NCBI RefSeq assembly: GCF_964355755.1
Contig: NC_092672.1
Coordinates: 32,928,437 to 32,992,436, forward strand
Source of the DNA: Antedon mediterranea
Lineage: Eukaryota > Animalia > Echinodermata
Length of the DNA stretch: 64,000 nt
Direction: 5' to 3'
Positions 1 through 16,809 of this stretch are shown one piece after another. Under the pieces are notes generated by a model. The model was not told the origin of the DNA. It did not search any database and saw only the letters and a list, made by a program, of their open reading frames with translations. The number at the start of each line of letters is the position of its first letter. Positions within the stretch are counted from its first letter, which is position 1. Both the position numbers and the translations under genes were made by a program.

Positions 1-105
1 CGCGGAATTGATATTTGGAACATTAGGTTCCCCACTATATTAGCAGTCCCTGACCAATTCTCCTCTTATCTGTTTATTTTTATATGTAACTTTTTTTTTT
101 TAAAG

Positions 106-3100
106 GTTATTTGTGAAATCCAGGAAACAGTTAAAACAGGACTTTGGATTGGCGATTGTTTCATTTACACAAACTCTCTAAATAGATTGAATTATTACGT
201 TGGCGGTGAGATTGTCACAATATCTCATCTTGACAGGTATTTTCATTAGAATATTTTTGTTAAAGATGTATTGTCCCCACAAAAACATGAAAAATAAAGA
301 ATAATAAAATCAGACTTTGAATAGATTATTTTGTAGTTTTAATAAAGTTAATCACTTCTGTAAAAATAAAACTGAAAAAATAATATTTTCTTTTGTAAAA
401 TGAAAAAATAAATGGTTAAATTCAACCATTTTGCCATTTTTTTTATTGTGTATACAAATTATTTTTATAACTTTTAAATATTTTCTGTACATTTCTATTG
501 TTTTGAACATTGTTTAAGATATGTATTTGTTTATTTTTTTTTTAATATGTATTTTAAAATGCAGTGTATTAACAAAGACTTTCTGATTTTTGTTTTTTTT
601 TAATATAAATTATATCAATAAAAAAATGGATTTAGTTGATTATTAAAAGCATGTATGTAAGCATGTTGTTCAATTAAAAAATACAAATCTAAAATAATAT
701 ATTTTCAAATAACTATCAATTTAAATACCAGCTTATTAATATTGTTTCCAAATTTTATAGAGTGATGTACCTCCTAGGCTACATTCCAAAAGACAACAGA
801 CTATATCTAGGAGACAAAGAGTTGAATGTGGTTAGTTTCTCTCTGTTGCTGTCTGTCTTGGAGTACCAAACTGCTGTCATGAGACGTGACTTTCAAACCG
901 CGGACAAGGTCCTGCCGACGGTGCCAAGAGAGCAGAGAACGCGGGTTGCCCATTTTCTTGAGAAGCAGGTACATTATTTTGTAATTTTTTTGTGTTTTTT
1001 GTATATTTAGGCAAGTCTTTGGAGGAGTTGTAATTAAATGTAAAAATCCTGACATGACAGTACATGAACCCAGGATACTTGGATTGGTAGCCAAGCATCA
1101 TTTCCACCAAGCCACAACTCCACTCCAATCATTATTTTATTTGGTTTAAAAACTGTAAAAAAATGTTGTAAAACTGAAAACGGATACAGTTTTTAAAAAA
1201 ATTCCCATATATTGTAAAAACTAAATCTGGTTTTATAAAAAGTTTAAAATTTGGCCGTTTTCCTATTTGTTTTTGTCTATGATCATAGTATTAATATTAA
1301 TTATTTCATTTTTCTATTGTAGGGTTTCAAACCACAAGCTATGGCAGTTACCTGTGACCCAGAGCATAAGTTTGACCTTGCTCTTGGGTTAGGTGAATTA
1401 AAATTGGCCCATGACCTTGCTACAGAAGCACAGGTACGTCACATGTATATCTATATCTTTCAACTATCATCGGGTGCTTTTTTTTTGTGTAAAAATAGAT
1501 AAATGTTTCATATCTTTTTTCCATATAGTCTGAACATAAGTGGAAACAATTAGCAGAATTAGCAACTAAAAAGTGTGAATTTAAACTTGCGCAAGAATGC
1601 CTACACAACGCACAAGACTTCGGCGGACTTCTCATGCTTGCGAGTTGTTCGGGTGACACCGGTATGATGGAGAAACTCGCAGACACGGCAGCCGACAACG
1701 AAAAGAATAATGTCGCGTTCCTTGGATTCTTCCTCCAGGGAAAGTAAGTTGAGAATTCTTTGGTTTTGTTAAAAATTTTATTTTGTTTTTATTTTTTCTA
1801 TGCTTATCTTCATATTTTAACTCCCTGCAAATACAATAAACTCACTGCAGCCATGCAATTGTCATCACTAATTGCCATAATTTCGAAAAGTAACAGACGC
1901 ACTGCAGCGATGCAGTTGATTTTCATAATCATTAATTTAAGATCTTAGTTAGGATTGTCATACATACAAATACAATAGACTCATTTCAGCCATGCAATTG
2001 TCCTTGAATCATAATTAATTATGTATAAAATTTTTTATCGTTTTTAGGAAGGAAAAGTGTCTAGATCTGTTGTGTAACACAGGCCGATATCCTGAGGCAG
2101 CTTTCTTTGCAAGAACTTATCTACCAAACAGAATATCTGAGTGAGTTATCTAGACACTAAGCTACAGTGGTCTCTTATCACCAAATACTAGTATTTCACA
2201 GATAGGCTGCTCTAGTTGATTGGAAACAATATCTTTGATGTGTAATAATTTAGTAAGATCTGTCTACACTATCAAACTTTATGTGATAAAAAATGTCATG
2301 TGCCCATCTATGAACATGATGATGTCATATCACTACCATATTTGGGCATATCATACTTTTTTGGTCAAATTAGTTTGATAGTGTAGACAGAGCTTTATGA
2401 AAATGCTTTTTAACATGCGATTTGTTTTGTATTTAGAATTGTACAGACATGGAAGGAGAATCTTGCGAAGGTAAACAAAAAGGCTGCAGACGCCCTGGCC
2501 GATCCCACCGACTACGAGAACCTGTTCACGGGCTTGAAAGAAGCAAGGCAGGTTGAAGAATTCCTGAAAACGACCGTAACAACGCTACCGGCAAAGGCAT
2601 ACCCTACTGTCACGGTAAGTGTTGTCTTTCATTGTCATTGGTTGTTTGGATTTTCTAAAAAAATTGAATTCATCATGAATTAAATATTGTCATTGAAACA
2701 TTTCAAACTAAAGAAGCTGTAAGCTTACAATCATTGTGGTAGTAGACAATTGTTTTTTTAATTTAAGGATATTGTATGTTCAGTACACCCAACCTAGACG
2801 TTTTGAAATTTTCTAATTGTTCACAACTTCTTAACCAAGAAAGGCCCACATTTTTGCTCCAAACCTCTCTCTTCACAACAATGTGATTCCAATTATATCT
2901 TTGTTCAGTCGTTACAAACGAAACATGGCTAGTTCTGCATGCGCGATGCACGATCCCGTATTCCATGTTTGCCTAGAGAGAAGAGTCGAATTCTGTAATG
3001 TATATTATTTGTATTGCGTCTATAGCTTAACGCTGATCGAGATGTCGAGCAAGAAATGCAAGACGCACTAACCAGTGGTACATATGCTGGAGCAGAGGTA

Positions 3101-3615
3101 AGACTAAATCTCTGTTCACACTATCAAACTAGTTTGACAAAAAATGTGCCCAAATATGGTAGTGATATGCCTAAATATGGTAGTGATATGCCCAAATATG
3201 GTAGTGATATAACATTGTCCATATATGGGCATATCGCATTTATTTGTCCAATAAAGTTTGATAGTGTAGACTTTACGTAACTTAATAGACAAATAGTAAT
3301 TAAGTACAGTAGTAATAGAGATTTGTATTAACCAATTGCAGCCAGTTCTAACTAAATAATTACTAAATACTACATATAGCTCTACAGTGTTAACAAATGT
3401 TATATAATGTATCATATTATTGACAGGGATCCGCGCAACCAGAACAAGAAACGGAATCGGCCAAACCATCTGAAGCCGCAGTGCCACCAACGACGAAGAA
3501 AACGGATGAAGAGGATTTAGATCTTGAACTAGATGATTTTGATATTGATGATGATGGTACCGGTGAAGGAGGAGATGATGTAGACCTAGATGACGAGGAC
3601 TTCTTAGAGGATTGA
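106..3615 (+). CDS. COPB2: Coatomer subunit beta' (COPI), 3' eight exons; 5' part lies upstream of the window
   Basis: GT-AG exons 106-236, 761-968, 1323-1433, 1529-1743, 2048-2140, 2437-2614, 3026-3097, 3427-3615 join in frame. They give VICEIQETVKTGLWIGDCFIYTNSLNRLNYYVGGEIVTISHLDR...LLGYIPKDNRLYLGDKELNVVS...VLEYQTAVMRRDF...EQRTRVAHFLEKQGFK...KWKQLAELA...PEAAFFARTYLP...LADPTDYENLF and an acidic tail ending DEDFLED-TGA, matching beta'-COP as I recall it. Confidence 0.97.
260..520 (+). mobile_element. Degenerate copy of TTAA-target MITE family C (Kolobok-like)
   Basis: Starts TTAAAGATGTATTGTCCCC..AAAACATGAAAAATAAAG..AAAATCAGACTTTGAATAG, shared with copies near 4124, 5819, 11461, 21633, 42697, 46398 and 53685. 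Confidence 0.6.
1050..1126 (-). mobile_element. tRNA-derived SINE head fragment in a COPB2 intron
   Basis: Minus strand reads GGAGTTGTGGCTTGGTGG (A-box-like)...ATCCTGGGTTCATGTAC (B-box-like); a related copy lies at about 27985-28050. Confidence 0.45.
2256..2394 (+). mobile_element. MITE family B
   Basis: TIR (AG)CTCTGTCTACACTATCAAAC ... GTTTGATAGTGTAGACAGAGCT with internal CATATCACTACCATATTTGGG units. Confidence 0.8.
3108..3272 (-). mobile_element. MITE family B with three internal 21-bp repeats
   Basis: TGCCCAAATATGGTAGTGATA x3 between family-B TIRs; explains the PKYGSDM repeats of ORF 3056-3280. Confidence 0.8.
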
Positions 3616-3831
3616 TACATTTGAGGAAATATTACGGACAGAGATTCCATCAATTTTTACGTATTTTTATGGATTTAATCGTTGGCAACAGCAGTGTGTT
3701 GATATTCTGTAAATATATATTATTAATACGATGTTTGCCAGCTCTTGATTGGTTACTAAAGAGGAGGGTGGTAACGTTATACAACATGATAACTTATAAA
3801 TTAGTTACTGATTTAATAAATCATTGCTAAC

Positions 3832-4070
3832 ATGGAGGTGGTAACTTAGGAGAGGTGGTCACTTGGGAGAGTTGGTTACTTGGGAATGCTGGTCACTTGG
3901 GAATGTGGTCACTTGCGAGAGGTGGTCACTTGGAAGGAGTGGTCATTTAAACTGGTGATTACTTGAATGAGGTGGTCACTGGATGTATCCATTGCAACAT
4001 GTGGTCACTTGCGATATGTGGTCACTTTATAGAGGTGGTCATTTACTGGAAACTTTGAGGTAGTCACTTA
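3832..4070. repeat. Degenerate 16-18 bp minisatellite (GAGAGGTGGTCACTTGG) just 3' of COPB2
   Basis: About a dozen GGTGGTCACTT-like units in tandem. Confidence 0.75.
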
Positions 4071-5818
4071 CTAGAACACTAGAGCTGCTAATATGTTGGT
4101 GTATGCACCAATCACACTGAAGCAAGATGTATTGTCCTCCAAAACATGAAAAAAATGGAATAATGTCAAACTTTGAATAGGCCATTTGTTGTTCACTTTT
4201 GGCAATAAAATAAAACTGAAAAATATCATATTTCTCTTATAAACCGACAAAATAGATAGTCCTTGAAACTCATTGACTTCTAGAAAATGAGATTTGTTGG
4301 ATCCAAAAATAACTATTGTGACACTAAAATGACCTATTCAACAAAATATAACTAGAACTATATCTTTAAATAAAAAGTAAACAATTTAATTCAATAAATA
4401 TATTAAGCATCTCATTGATACAATTTTTCCATTTCTCGAAATATTTTTAATTTTGTATAGTACTGTTATTTCTTCTGTTATGGTTTGACCTTTTGATTCA
4501 TTCCTATTGTTCGTGGTGGGATGTTAAGTGTTAATTTATCTTATTGTTTATTCATAATTTATGACAATAGCTTGTAGATATTCTATTGTAATTTGTATGC
4601 AACCTATACTGCTAGATCGAGGTACAAGAAAACCAATACAAACGGCTATACTAAATCAGTGTATTACTGCTAAATATTAATAATAAAATATAGAACCATT
4701 AAATGTCCATAGGCTTTGACCTATAGGCCCAGATGGTCAAGATTTAAATTGTGTGTAATTGTTTTGTGTGCGTTATAAAATAGTTGCCCAATTTGAGTGG
4801 AAAACATGTTTTCGACTAATACGTTCATAATCTTAAACTTTAAAATGCGGGTTTTTTTATTTATCATATTATATCATACATTTATATATTAGGCCTACTT
4901 GCAAAGATACCAGCAAAGATACCAGTCTCAGAGTAGGCCTAATTTCCCCCCAAATTCCATCGCTCTACTCCTGGACGATTTTCAAATGTAGTTTAAAATT
5001 TTCCCAGTGCGCGACATTGTCTTTTTCTGTAATTTTGCTTCCAGTAAAATTCCCCGGCTATAAAAATAACCAGTATATTTATTGCGTGTAAAAGCAAGCT
5101 AAACCACAATGTAGGTTTAAGCTACATCTATAGAGAAAAGAGCGTGCAAACGTAGCTTAAATCTCGCTTAAAAAACAAAGATATACCGAATACATTTTAA
5201 TATAATATATCCAGAGCGGGTATTAGTCCTAACAATAACATGGCCTATTTGGAGCAAGATAAAACATTTGTCAACGATTTCTTTCTAGAACGATTTGGTT
5301 TCACATCGTCCAAAAGTTGACAGACACCATACATTTCAGTTCTGGAATATAAAAACTGGGTCTGTTTCCAAATTTTGGCATAGAACAATGCTTCTCCTAT
5401 AAAATAATAATTTGTTATCTGGATTTAGATAACGCCAAGGTGTTCACAAGTTGTGATGTTGCTGAAGTTATCGTTTACCGTCCCATGGGGCAAAGAACAG
5501 GTAGCAAAGGTCGCGTAGAGGTGAAGGAACATCCGAAATAAATTACTAAACGTTTACACGACCCGATAATTGTGTTTATCTATCTAAGCATGTTGCAGAT
5601 GATGGTTATTACAGTGAGACATATGCGTATACCAGGTTGCCTTTTTAAAAACAAAGTGTATTCACTTAGGGGTTGCCCGTATCACCTGAGTGGCCGTTAT
5701 GGTTTAGAGTTCGTATTCGAGTTGTTTTGTTTTATTAGAAGGTTTATGCGAGATGTATATTTAAATAATAATAATAATATCGCCATTCGTTGAAAAAAGA
5801 TTTTTGTAATGGGGTCAG

Positions 5819-6060
5819 TTAAAGATGTATTGTCCCCCAAAAACATGAAAAATAAAGATTAATAAAATCAGATGTTGCATTTTGCAGTTAATAAATTATT
5901 CACTTCTGTAGAAAAGACAAAAGAAACGGTTAATTTTAAACAAAAACCATTGTCTGACAGACTATTAGGTATTTTTTCCATTAAATTACAATTTTCATTT
6001 TTTTCTAGTGTTTGGTCAAAATTAAAATGACATATTCAACAACAAAAAAACTATTTTTAA
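5819..6060 (+). mobile_element. MITE family C copy
   Basis: TTAAAGATGTATTGTCCCCCAAAAACATGAAAAATAAAG start and family-C internal sequence. Confidence 0.65.
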
Positions 6061-6360
6061 TTGGTAGTACGGTAAATAGGTTACTTAAGTGTTTAATAAA
6101 TCACTTCACTTGCAATACCAATTTTCAAAACATACAGAATCTATTTTAGGTTTTTTTCTTCTGCCGGTTGACGTTCACAACAATTACGCTACGGGCGCTA
6201 TAAACACTTACACGTGTTATGAAAACTTTACAAACGGAACCAGCAGGTATTGTCAAAACATACACTCATAAAATCTGAACTAACTAATGGTTTTATTTTG
6301 GTAGAGAAGTGTCGAAAATAAAAACGATCGAATCGATTGATGTCTATTTCCCTGTCTTTT

Positions 6361-6601
6361 AGATCAAAAACGTTCAAACAATTTAGGCCTACTGTTAGAT
6401 CAGAAACGTTCAAACAATTTAGGCCTACTGTTAGATCAGAAACGTTCAAACAATTTAGGCCTACTGTTAGATCAGAAACTTTCAAACAATTTATTTAGGC
6501 CTACTGTGAGATCAGAAACGTTCAAACAATGTAGGCCTACTGTTAGATCAGAAACGTTCAAACAATTTAGGCCTACTGTTAGATCATACTTTCAAACAAT
6601 T
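6361..6601. repeat. 36-bp minisatellite AGATCAGAAACGTTCAAACAATTTAGGCCTACTGTT, about 6.5 copies
   Basis: Directly visible tandem units; produces the SDLTVGLNCLNV repeats of ORF 6228-6485. Confidence 0.95.
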
Positions 6602-7057
6602 TATAAGATATGATTTGTTACATTGGTCGTAGGTCTAATTAAACTAACTTCAAATCAAACTTCCAATATGGTTATAAACAGACACAATAAACGGTTAAAT
6701 TAAAAAAAAAATGCCTTATCTTCTTATAGACGTATAAGAACAATTCGAAAAATGGACAAAATATGCACGTTTCAAAATTCTATTTTTATGCAATAGTATT
6801 GCTATATATGTCAATATATTGCGGTACCATCATCTTATAGACGTATAGTAACCATATATGCCAAAAAAATACCAGTCTTTATTATTCTATAGTATAATAA
6901 TAATAATAACAACTTTATTTAAAAACGGATGCAACACTTGAATCACCATATTGGTGTTACCGTTACTTACTACAAAACTATTTATACTATTACACAAGTT
7001 ATCATTTACAGTACAAAAACAACAAAAAAAAAAAATAAAAAAGATTTCATGAAAAAA

Positions 7058-8980
7058 TATAGTAACCGTTTATGTCAAAACTGGTTGCTATAGCACAATT
7101 GACATGCGCAGAAATTTTCCTGTACTAGATTTTTTCGAAAAACTTGCCAATTTTCGACCTTTTTATTTTTCGATAAAACTGGTTACTGTAGCACAATTAA
7201 CATGCGCAGAACCCATTAGACGCTTCTGCGCATGTTTATTATTCTATAGTAACCGTTTATGTCAAAACTGGTTGCTATAGCACAATTGACATGCGCAGAA
7301 CCCATTATTCGTCTCTGCGCATGTTTATTATGCTATAGTAACCATTTATGTCAAAAAATAAAAAGGTCGAAAATTGGCAAGTTTTTTGAAAAACTCCCTG
7401 TACTATAGTACAGGAAAATTTTCGAAAAATGGCCGATTTTCGACCCTTTTATTTTTTGACATGGTTACTATAGCATAATAAACGTGCGCAGAGACGAATA
7501 ATAGGTTCTGCGCATGTTAATTGTGCTATAGTAACCAGTTTTGACATAAATGGTTACTATAGCATAATAAACGTGCGCAGAGACGAATAATAGGTTCTGC
7601 GCATGTTAATTGTGCTATAGTAACCAGTTTTATCGAAAAATAAAAAGTCGAAAAATGTCCGATTTTCGACCCTTTTATTTTTTGACATAAATGGTTACTA
7701 TTACATAATAAACGTGCGCCGAGACGAATAATGGGTTCTGCGCATGTCAATTGTGCTATAGTAACCAGTTTTGACATAAATGGTTACTATAGCATAATAA
7801 ACGTGCGCAGAGACGAATAATGGGTTCTGCGCATGTCAATTGTGCTATAGTAACCAGTTTTGACATAAATGGTTACTAGAGCATAATAAACAAGCGCAGA
7901 GTCGACTAATGGGTTCTGCGCATGTTAATTGTGCTATAGTAACCAGTTTTATCGAAAAATAAAAAGGTCGAAAATTGGCAATTTTTTGTTAATAAACATG
8001 CGCAAAGACAAATAATGGGTTCTGCGCATGTCAATTGTGCTATAGTAACCAGTTTTGACATAAATGGTTACTAGAGCATAATAAACATGCGCAGAGTCGA
8101 CTAATGGGTTCTGCGCATGTTAATTGTGCTACAGTAACCAGTTTTATCGAAAAATAAAAAGGTTTTGAAAAAATTCCTGTACTATAGTACAGGAAAATTT
8201 TGGAAAAATGGCCGATTTTCGACCCTTTTATTTTTTGACATAAATGGTTACTATAGCATAATAAACATGCGCAGAGACGAATAATGGGTTCTGCGCATGT
8301 CAATTGTGCTATAGTAACCAGTTTTTGACATAAATGGTTACTATAGCATAATAAACATGCGCAGAGATGAATAATGGGTTCTGTGCATGTTAATTGTGCT
8401 ATAGTAACCAGTTTTATCGAAAAATAAAAAGGTCGAAAATATGGCAATTTTTTGAAAAAATCCCTGTACAGGGAAATTTTTGAAAAATGACCGATTTTCA
8501 ACCCTTTTATTTTTTGACATAAATGGTTACTATTGCATAATAAACATGCGCAGAGACGAATAATGAGTTCTGCGCATGTCAATTGTGCTATAGTAACCAG
8601 CTTTTGACATAAATGGTTACTATAGCATAATAAACATGCGTAGAGACGAATAATAGGTTCTGCGCATGTTAATTGTGCCATAGTAACCAGTTTTTTACAT
8701 AAATGGTTACTATAGCATAATAAACATACGCAGAGTCGACTAATGGGTTCTGCGCATGTTAATTGTGCTACAGTTTTATTGAAAAATAAAAAGGTTTTGA
8801 CAAAATCCCTGTACCATAGTAGGCCTACAGGAAAACTTTCGAAAAATGGCCGATTTTCGACCCTTTTTTTTGTTGACATAAATGGTTACTACTCCATAAT
8901 AAACATGCGCACAGACGAATAATAGGTTCTGCGCATGTCAATTGTGCTATAGTTTTATCGAAAAATAAATAAGTCGAAAA
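7058..8980. repeat. 78-bp satellite with interspersed palindromic linker modules and a strand inversion; degenerate flanks to about 6740 and 9620
   Basis: Unit GACATAAATGGTTACTATAGCATAATAAACATGCGCAGAGACGAATAATGGGTTCTGCGCATGTCAATTGTGCTATAGTAACCAGTTTT. It runs in the opposite orientation before about 7400; the switch is at the palindrome CCTGTACTATAGTACAGG (7397-7414). Confidence 0.92.
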
Positions 8981-10519
8981 TCCTATTATTATGCAATAAT
9001 TTTGCTATATATGCCCATATATTGCCTTAACAAATAAAAGGGTCAAAATTTGGCCATATTTCGTAAAATATCCCTGTACTAAGGTACAGGGATTTTTTTC
9101 GAAAAATGACCACAATATGCACTTTTCTCAAAAATATGCAAATTCTCATATTATGAAATAATATTACTATATATGTCTTATCATCCACCTTATTGACGTA
9201 TATTAACAATTTGTCAAGAAATAAAAGGATCGAAATTTGACCATAATTCGAAAAAAACCTGTACTGAATGTCGACCCTTTTATTTTTTTTAAATAACTGG
9301 TAACTATACGTCTATAGATGATGATAACGCAATATATAGCAATAATAGTGCATAATAATAGTATTTTTAAAAGGGCATATTTTAGCCATTCTTCGAAAAT
9401 ATCCCTGTAGGCTAGGAAATAAAAACAAAATGACATGCGCAGAATCATATAGGCTAATCTGTGCATGTTACCTCAAAACATACTATTTTGGCCATTAAAA
9501 AAAAAAATCCCTGTACTAAATACAGTACAGACAATTTTTCGAAATGCGCAGAATCACATAATCTGTTCTGCATATGTTACCTCAATATATTTCAAGTCGA
9601 TATTTTGGTCATTTTTGATAAAATTTATGATGATCACATTGTGGTATCATCCTCTCACAATCATATCATTTTAAACAAAATGAGTGTCGAAAATATAACT
9701 TCAGGCCTATACGATGACAAGAAATCTTGTTTTTTCTTTCAAAATGTGCTGGTCATTTTTATTTTACACAAAGTTTTAAACGCAAATGTGACGATAAGTT
9801 TCTATGTACTACACGAATGTTTACGCAAAAACATTTTACTATGCCGTCGTCGGAAGTGGGCTGACTGCTGGCAATGCGTGGCATGTTTTTTTGTGGGAAT
9901 ATGATTTCAGACTGAAACAACATTATTGACTGTTTTTTTTACTCGTGGGAATAATGTGTTAAAAGGTATGTATCTTGAGGCGTTTATTACGCTAATAATA
10001 AATAATTGTTTACATTTTAAATAATGCACCGCACCGCCGCAAAATACGTTTATTGTGCGTACGACGTTATTGCGTTGCGTTCCAGAGTGCGTGGAATCAA
10101 GCTTTAGGCCTACATCATAAACAAAAACGTTAATTTATCGCATTTAATTACTAAACTTAGAAAATTATAAAAAAAACCTCTTAACTCTAATGTACCATCT
10201 TACTAGAAATAAAATCGACTGAAAAAAAAAATGAAACTTATCTACACTATTTTAGTACAGTAAATGCTTGCTACGATTTAGCTATATTATATTGACCCTA
10301 TTATTAACACATTGCATTATGTTTGTTTAAATAGGGATTGAGTAAACTTTCTGGAACAGCGAATTTTAGAGACTACACTTAACTACGGCTTATGAATTTA
10401 TATATTAATATTAATTATGAAACAAAGTTAAATATAGTATATGATCTTTTAAAATGTAAACATTAAATGCAGCGACGTATTTATATACAGTACAATGTTA
10501 TTTTAAACTTCTATGAACT

Positions 10520-10917
10520 AAAAGTAATAAGTGCACCCTAACGCAACAGTGCTGCAAACATCGCAGGCGGGGGAAAACAGAATTATTGGAGGGCATTTTC
10601 TTACGTTGCGTAAGTTGCGTAATGCTTAGTTCCCACTTCAGGCACAACACAATAACGTAACGCAACGTAAGTGAGTTTACCAATCACATGTTAACACGCT
10701 TGCGTCGCGCCTGGTGGGAACAAAGCTTAACAAGGCACCCTTTGGGAACCAACTCAGGCGTACGTGGTTCTCGCTAGAGAGACACAACGCAAGGACGAAC
10801 GCGCAACGCAAGCGAGATGACCAATGAAAAGCCATTGTTCGAATAATCTATCGCTTGTGATTGGCCAATTCGCTTGCGTTGCGTCCTCGAGTTGCATCGG
10901 TAGTGGGAACCAAGCTT
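10520..10917. mobile_element. Cluster of degenerate family A MITEs 3' of FoxL2
   Basis: GTTCCCACT/GTGGGAACCAAGCT ends, ACGCAACGCAAG and GACCAATCAC motifs. Confidence 0.7.
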
Positions 10918-11037
10918 TAATAGGGTCGCCCTATGTAACATATTTGAGATAAGGAAGCTTAACACTGAAAAGAAAACCCAATCATAATTAATATTAAATA
11001 TTTATCTAGATGTAAGAAAGTGTTTGGCGTTGGCTTA

Positions 11038-15204
<4,167 letters not shown>

Positions 15205-15254
15205 TTACACAACTTTTCTACACCAAGTCTTTCTAAACAATGAGCTCCTCAACA

Positions 15255-15261
15255 TTTTATA
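15255..15261 (-). promoter_or_regulatory. Candidate TATA box of the FoxL2 gene
   Basis: TATAAAA on the - strand about 105 bp upstream of the ATG at 15150; a CCAAT lies near 15337. Position only, no transcript evidence. Confidence 0.3.
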
Positions 15262-15555
15262 TCGACTTTTTCGTATACTCAGACCTGATTTAACGGTGAA
15301 ACTCAACACCTTTGCTAACTCTTTGAGAATTTTCCACCAATGAAAAACATTGTAACATTAGAATCTTATCTATAGATATGCACAGCGCAGTTTCATTGTC
15401 AATCAATTTTCTTTTTTTAGACATACAGTTTTGATATCGAATCGAATACGACTCTCATTTTATAATCATTGAGAAAAAAAAACGACCCAGGCCCCTTCCA
15501 AATTGAACTGCAATACTAGCGTTTTGCCGGGGTGGTCCTAGGTATTCGTTTCGCC

Positions 15556-16330
15556 AGAGCGTTTCACTGGGTCCCAAGTGTCTCTAGAGTTGTAGAGCTC
15601 CGGAGACCTTTTGGAGTTTCTCCGGGGCGTTTCACGTGTCCAAAAGTGTATCTAGAGTATTATAATTCCGGAGACACGTGCGTTTCACGTGTCCCAAGTG
15701 TCTCTAGAGTAGTAGAGCTCCGGAGACACTTGTACGTTTCTCTTATCTAGAGCGTTTCACGTGTCACAAGTGTCTCTAGGGTACGAGCTACAGATACCAC
15801 TGTGCGTTCTCCGGAGCGTTTCACGTGTCCCTGGTGTTTCTATTATTAAAGCTACTACTACAAGTGTATCTGGAGTATTATAATTTCGGAGACACGTGCG
15901 TTTCTCCAGAGCGTTTCACGTGTCCCAAGTGTCTCTAGAGTAGTAGAGCTCCGGAGACACTTGTACGTTTCTCTATAGAGCGTTTCACGTGTCACAAGTG
16001 TCTCTAGGGTATGAGCTACAGATACCACTGTGCGTTCTCCGGAGCGTTTCACGTGTCCCTGGTGTTTCTATTATTAAAGCTACTACTAAAAGTGTATCTG
16101 GAGTATTATAATTCCGGAGACACGTGCGTTTCTCCAGAGCGTTTCCCGTGTCCCAAGTGTCTCTAGAGTAGTAGAGCTCCGGAGACACTTGTACGTTTCT
16201 CTAGAGCGTTTCACGTGTCACAAGTGTCTCTAGGGTATGAGCTACAGATACCACTGTGCGTTCTCCAGAGCGTTTCACGTGTCCCTGGTGTTTCTATTAT
16301 TAAAGCTACTACTACAATTTTCTCCGGAGT
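15556..16330. repeat. About 227-bp higher-order satellite built from about 55-65 bp subunits, upstream of FoxL2
   Basis: AGCGTTTCACGTGTCACAAG recurs at 15751, 15979 and 16205; subunits share GCGTTTCACGTGTCC and TCCGGAGACAC. Confidence 0.92.
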
Positions 16331-16624
16331 TTATTCCCGATGTATAATGTGAAAATAGTATAAATTATTTTATCTTATTTTAGGTGTTTCTTTTCTTTTA
16401 CATGACCTTTCAACCGTTTTATGTAACTAAGGAATAGTATAAGAAAATACAAAAATAAAAAATACTTCTTATATTTCATTTTATACCTTTTAATAAAAAA
16501 CCACGTTTCTCATGCCTGACTTTTCTGGGTGTTTTGAAAACAGAGACTCGAGACTCACGGCATTAGTGAAACTGAATATGATTAACTGTATTGCTTACTT
16601 TGTTTACTTCAAGAAGTAAACCTA

Positions 16625-16790
16625 TTTATTTATTAAACATTTGGCAACCTGACCAAGAGGGCCACACCATGCCCATTCAGGCACCTCCTCTGCCCACAAG
16701 AGTAGAGTACACACAACCTGCTGGATCTATACAGTTTACAGTGCTTATCTGAGAAGAACAACAAAGTGAGTGAGCCTCGAATTCTTGCCG
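16625..16790 (-). mobile_element. SINE-like fragment
   Basis: Minus strand contains TCTTCTCAGATAAGCACTGTAAA, similar to TCTTCTCGGATAAGGACTGTAAA of the SINE at 20879, and ends in an AATAAATAAA tail. Confidence 0.4.
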
Positions 16791-16809
16791 ATAAAATAGA
16801 TATGAATTA

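Noticed and set aside
1050-1126. tRNA gene
   Set aside because: Only degenerate A and B boxes, no full cloverleaf; better explained as a SINE head.
3417-3653. Ser-rich minus-strand ORF (also 807-1094, 1420-1698, 34073-34461)
   Set aside because: Antisense shadows of COPB2 exons or the LINE RT frame.
8040-8879. 279-aa Cys-rich repeat ORF (LVTIAQLTCAEPIIRLCACLLCYSNHLCQK)
   Set aside because: It is a translation of the satellite. Neighbouring units are frameshifted and there are no splice or domain signals.
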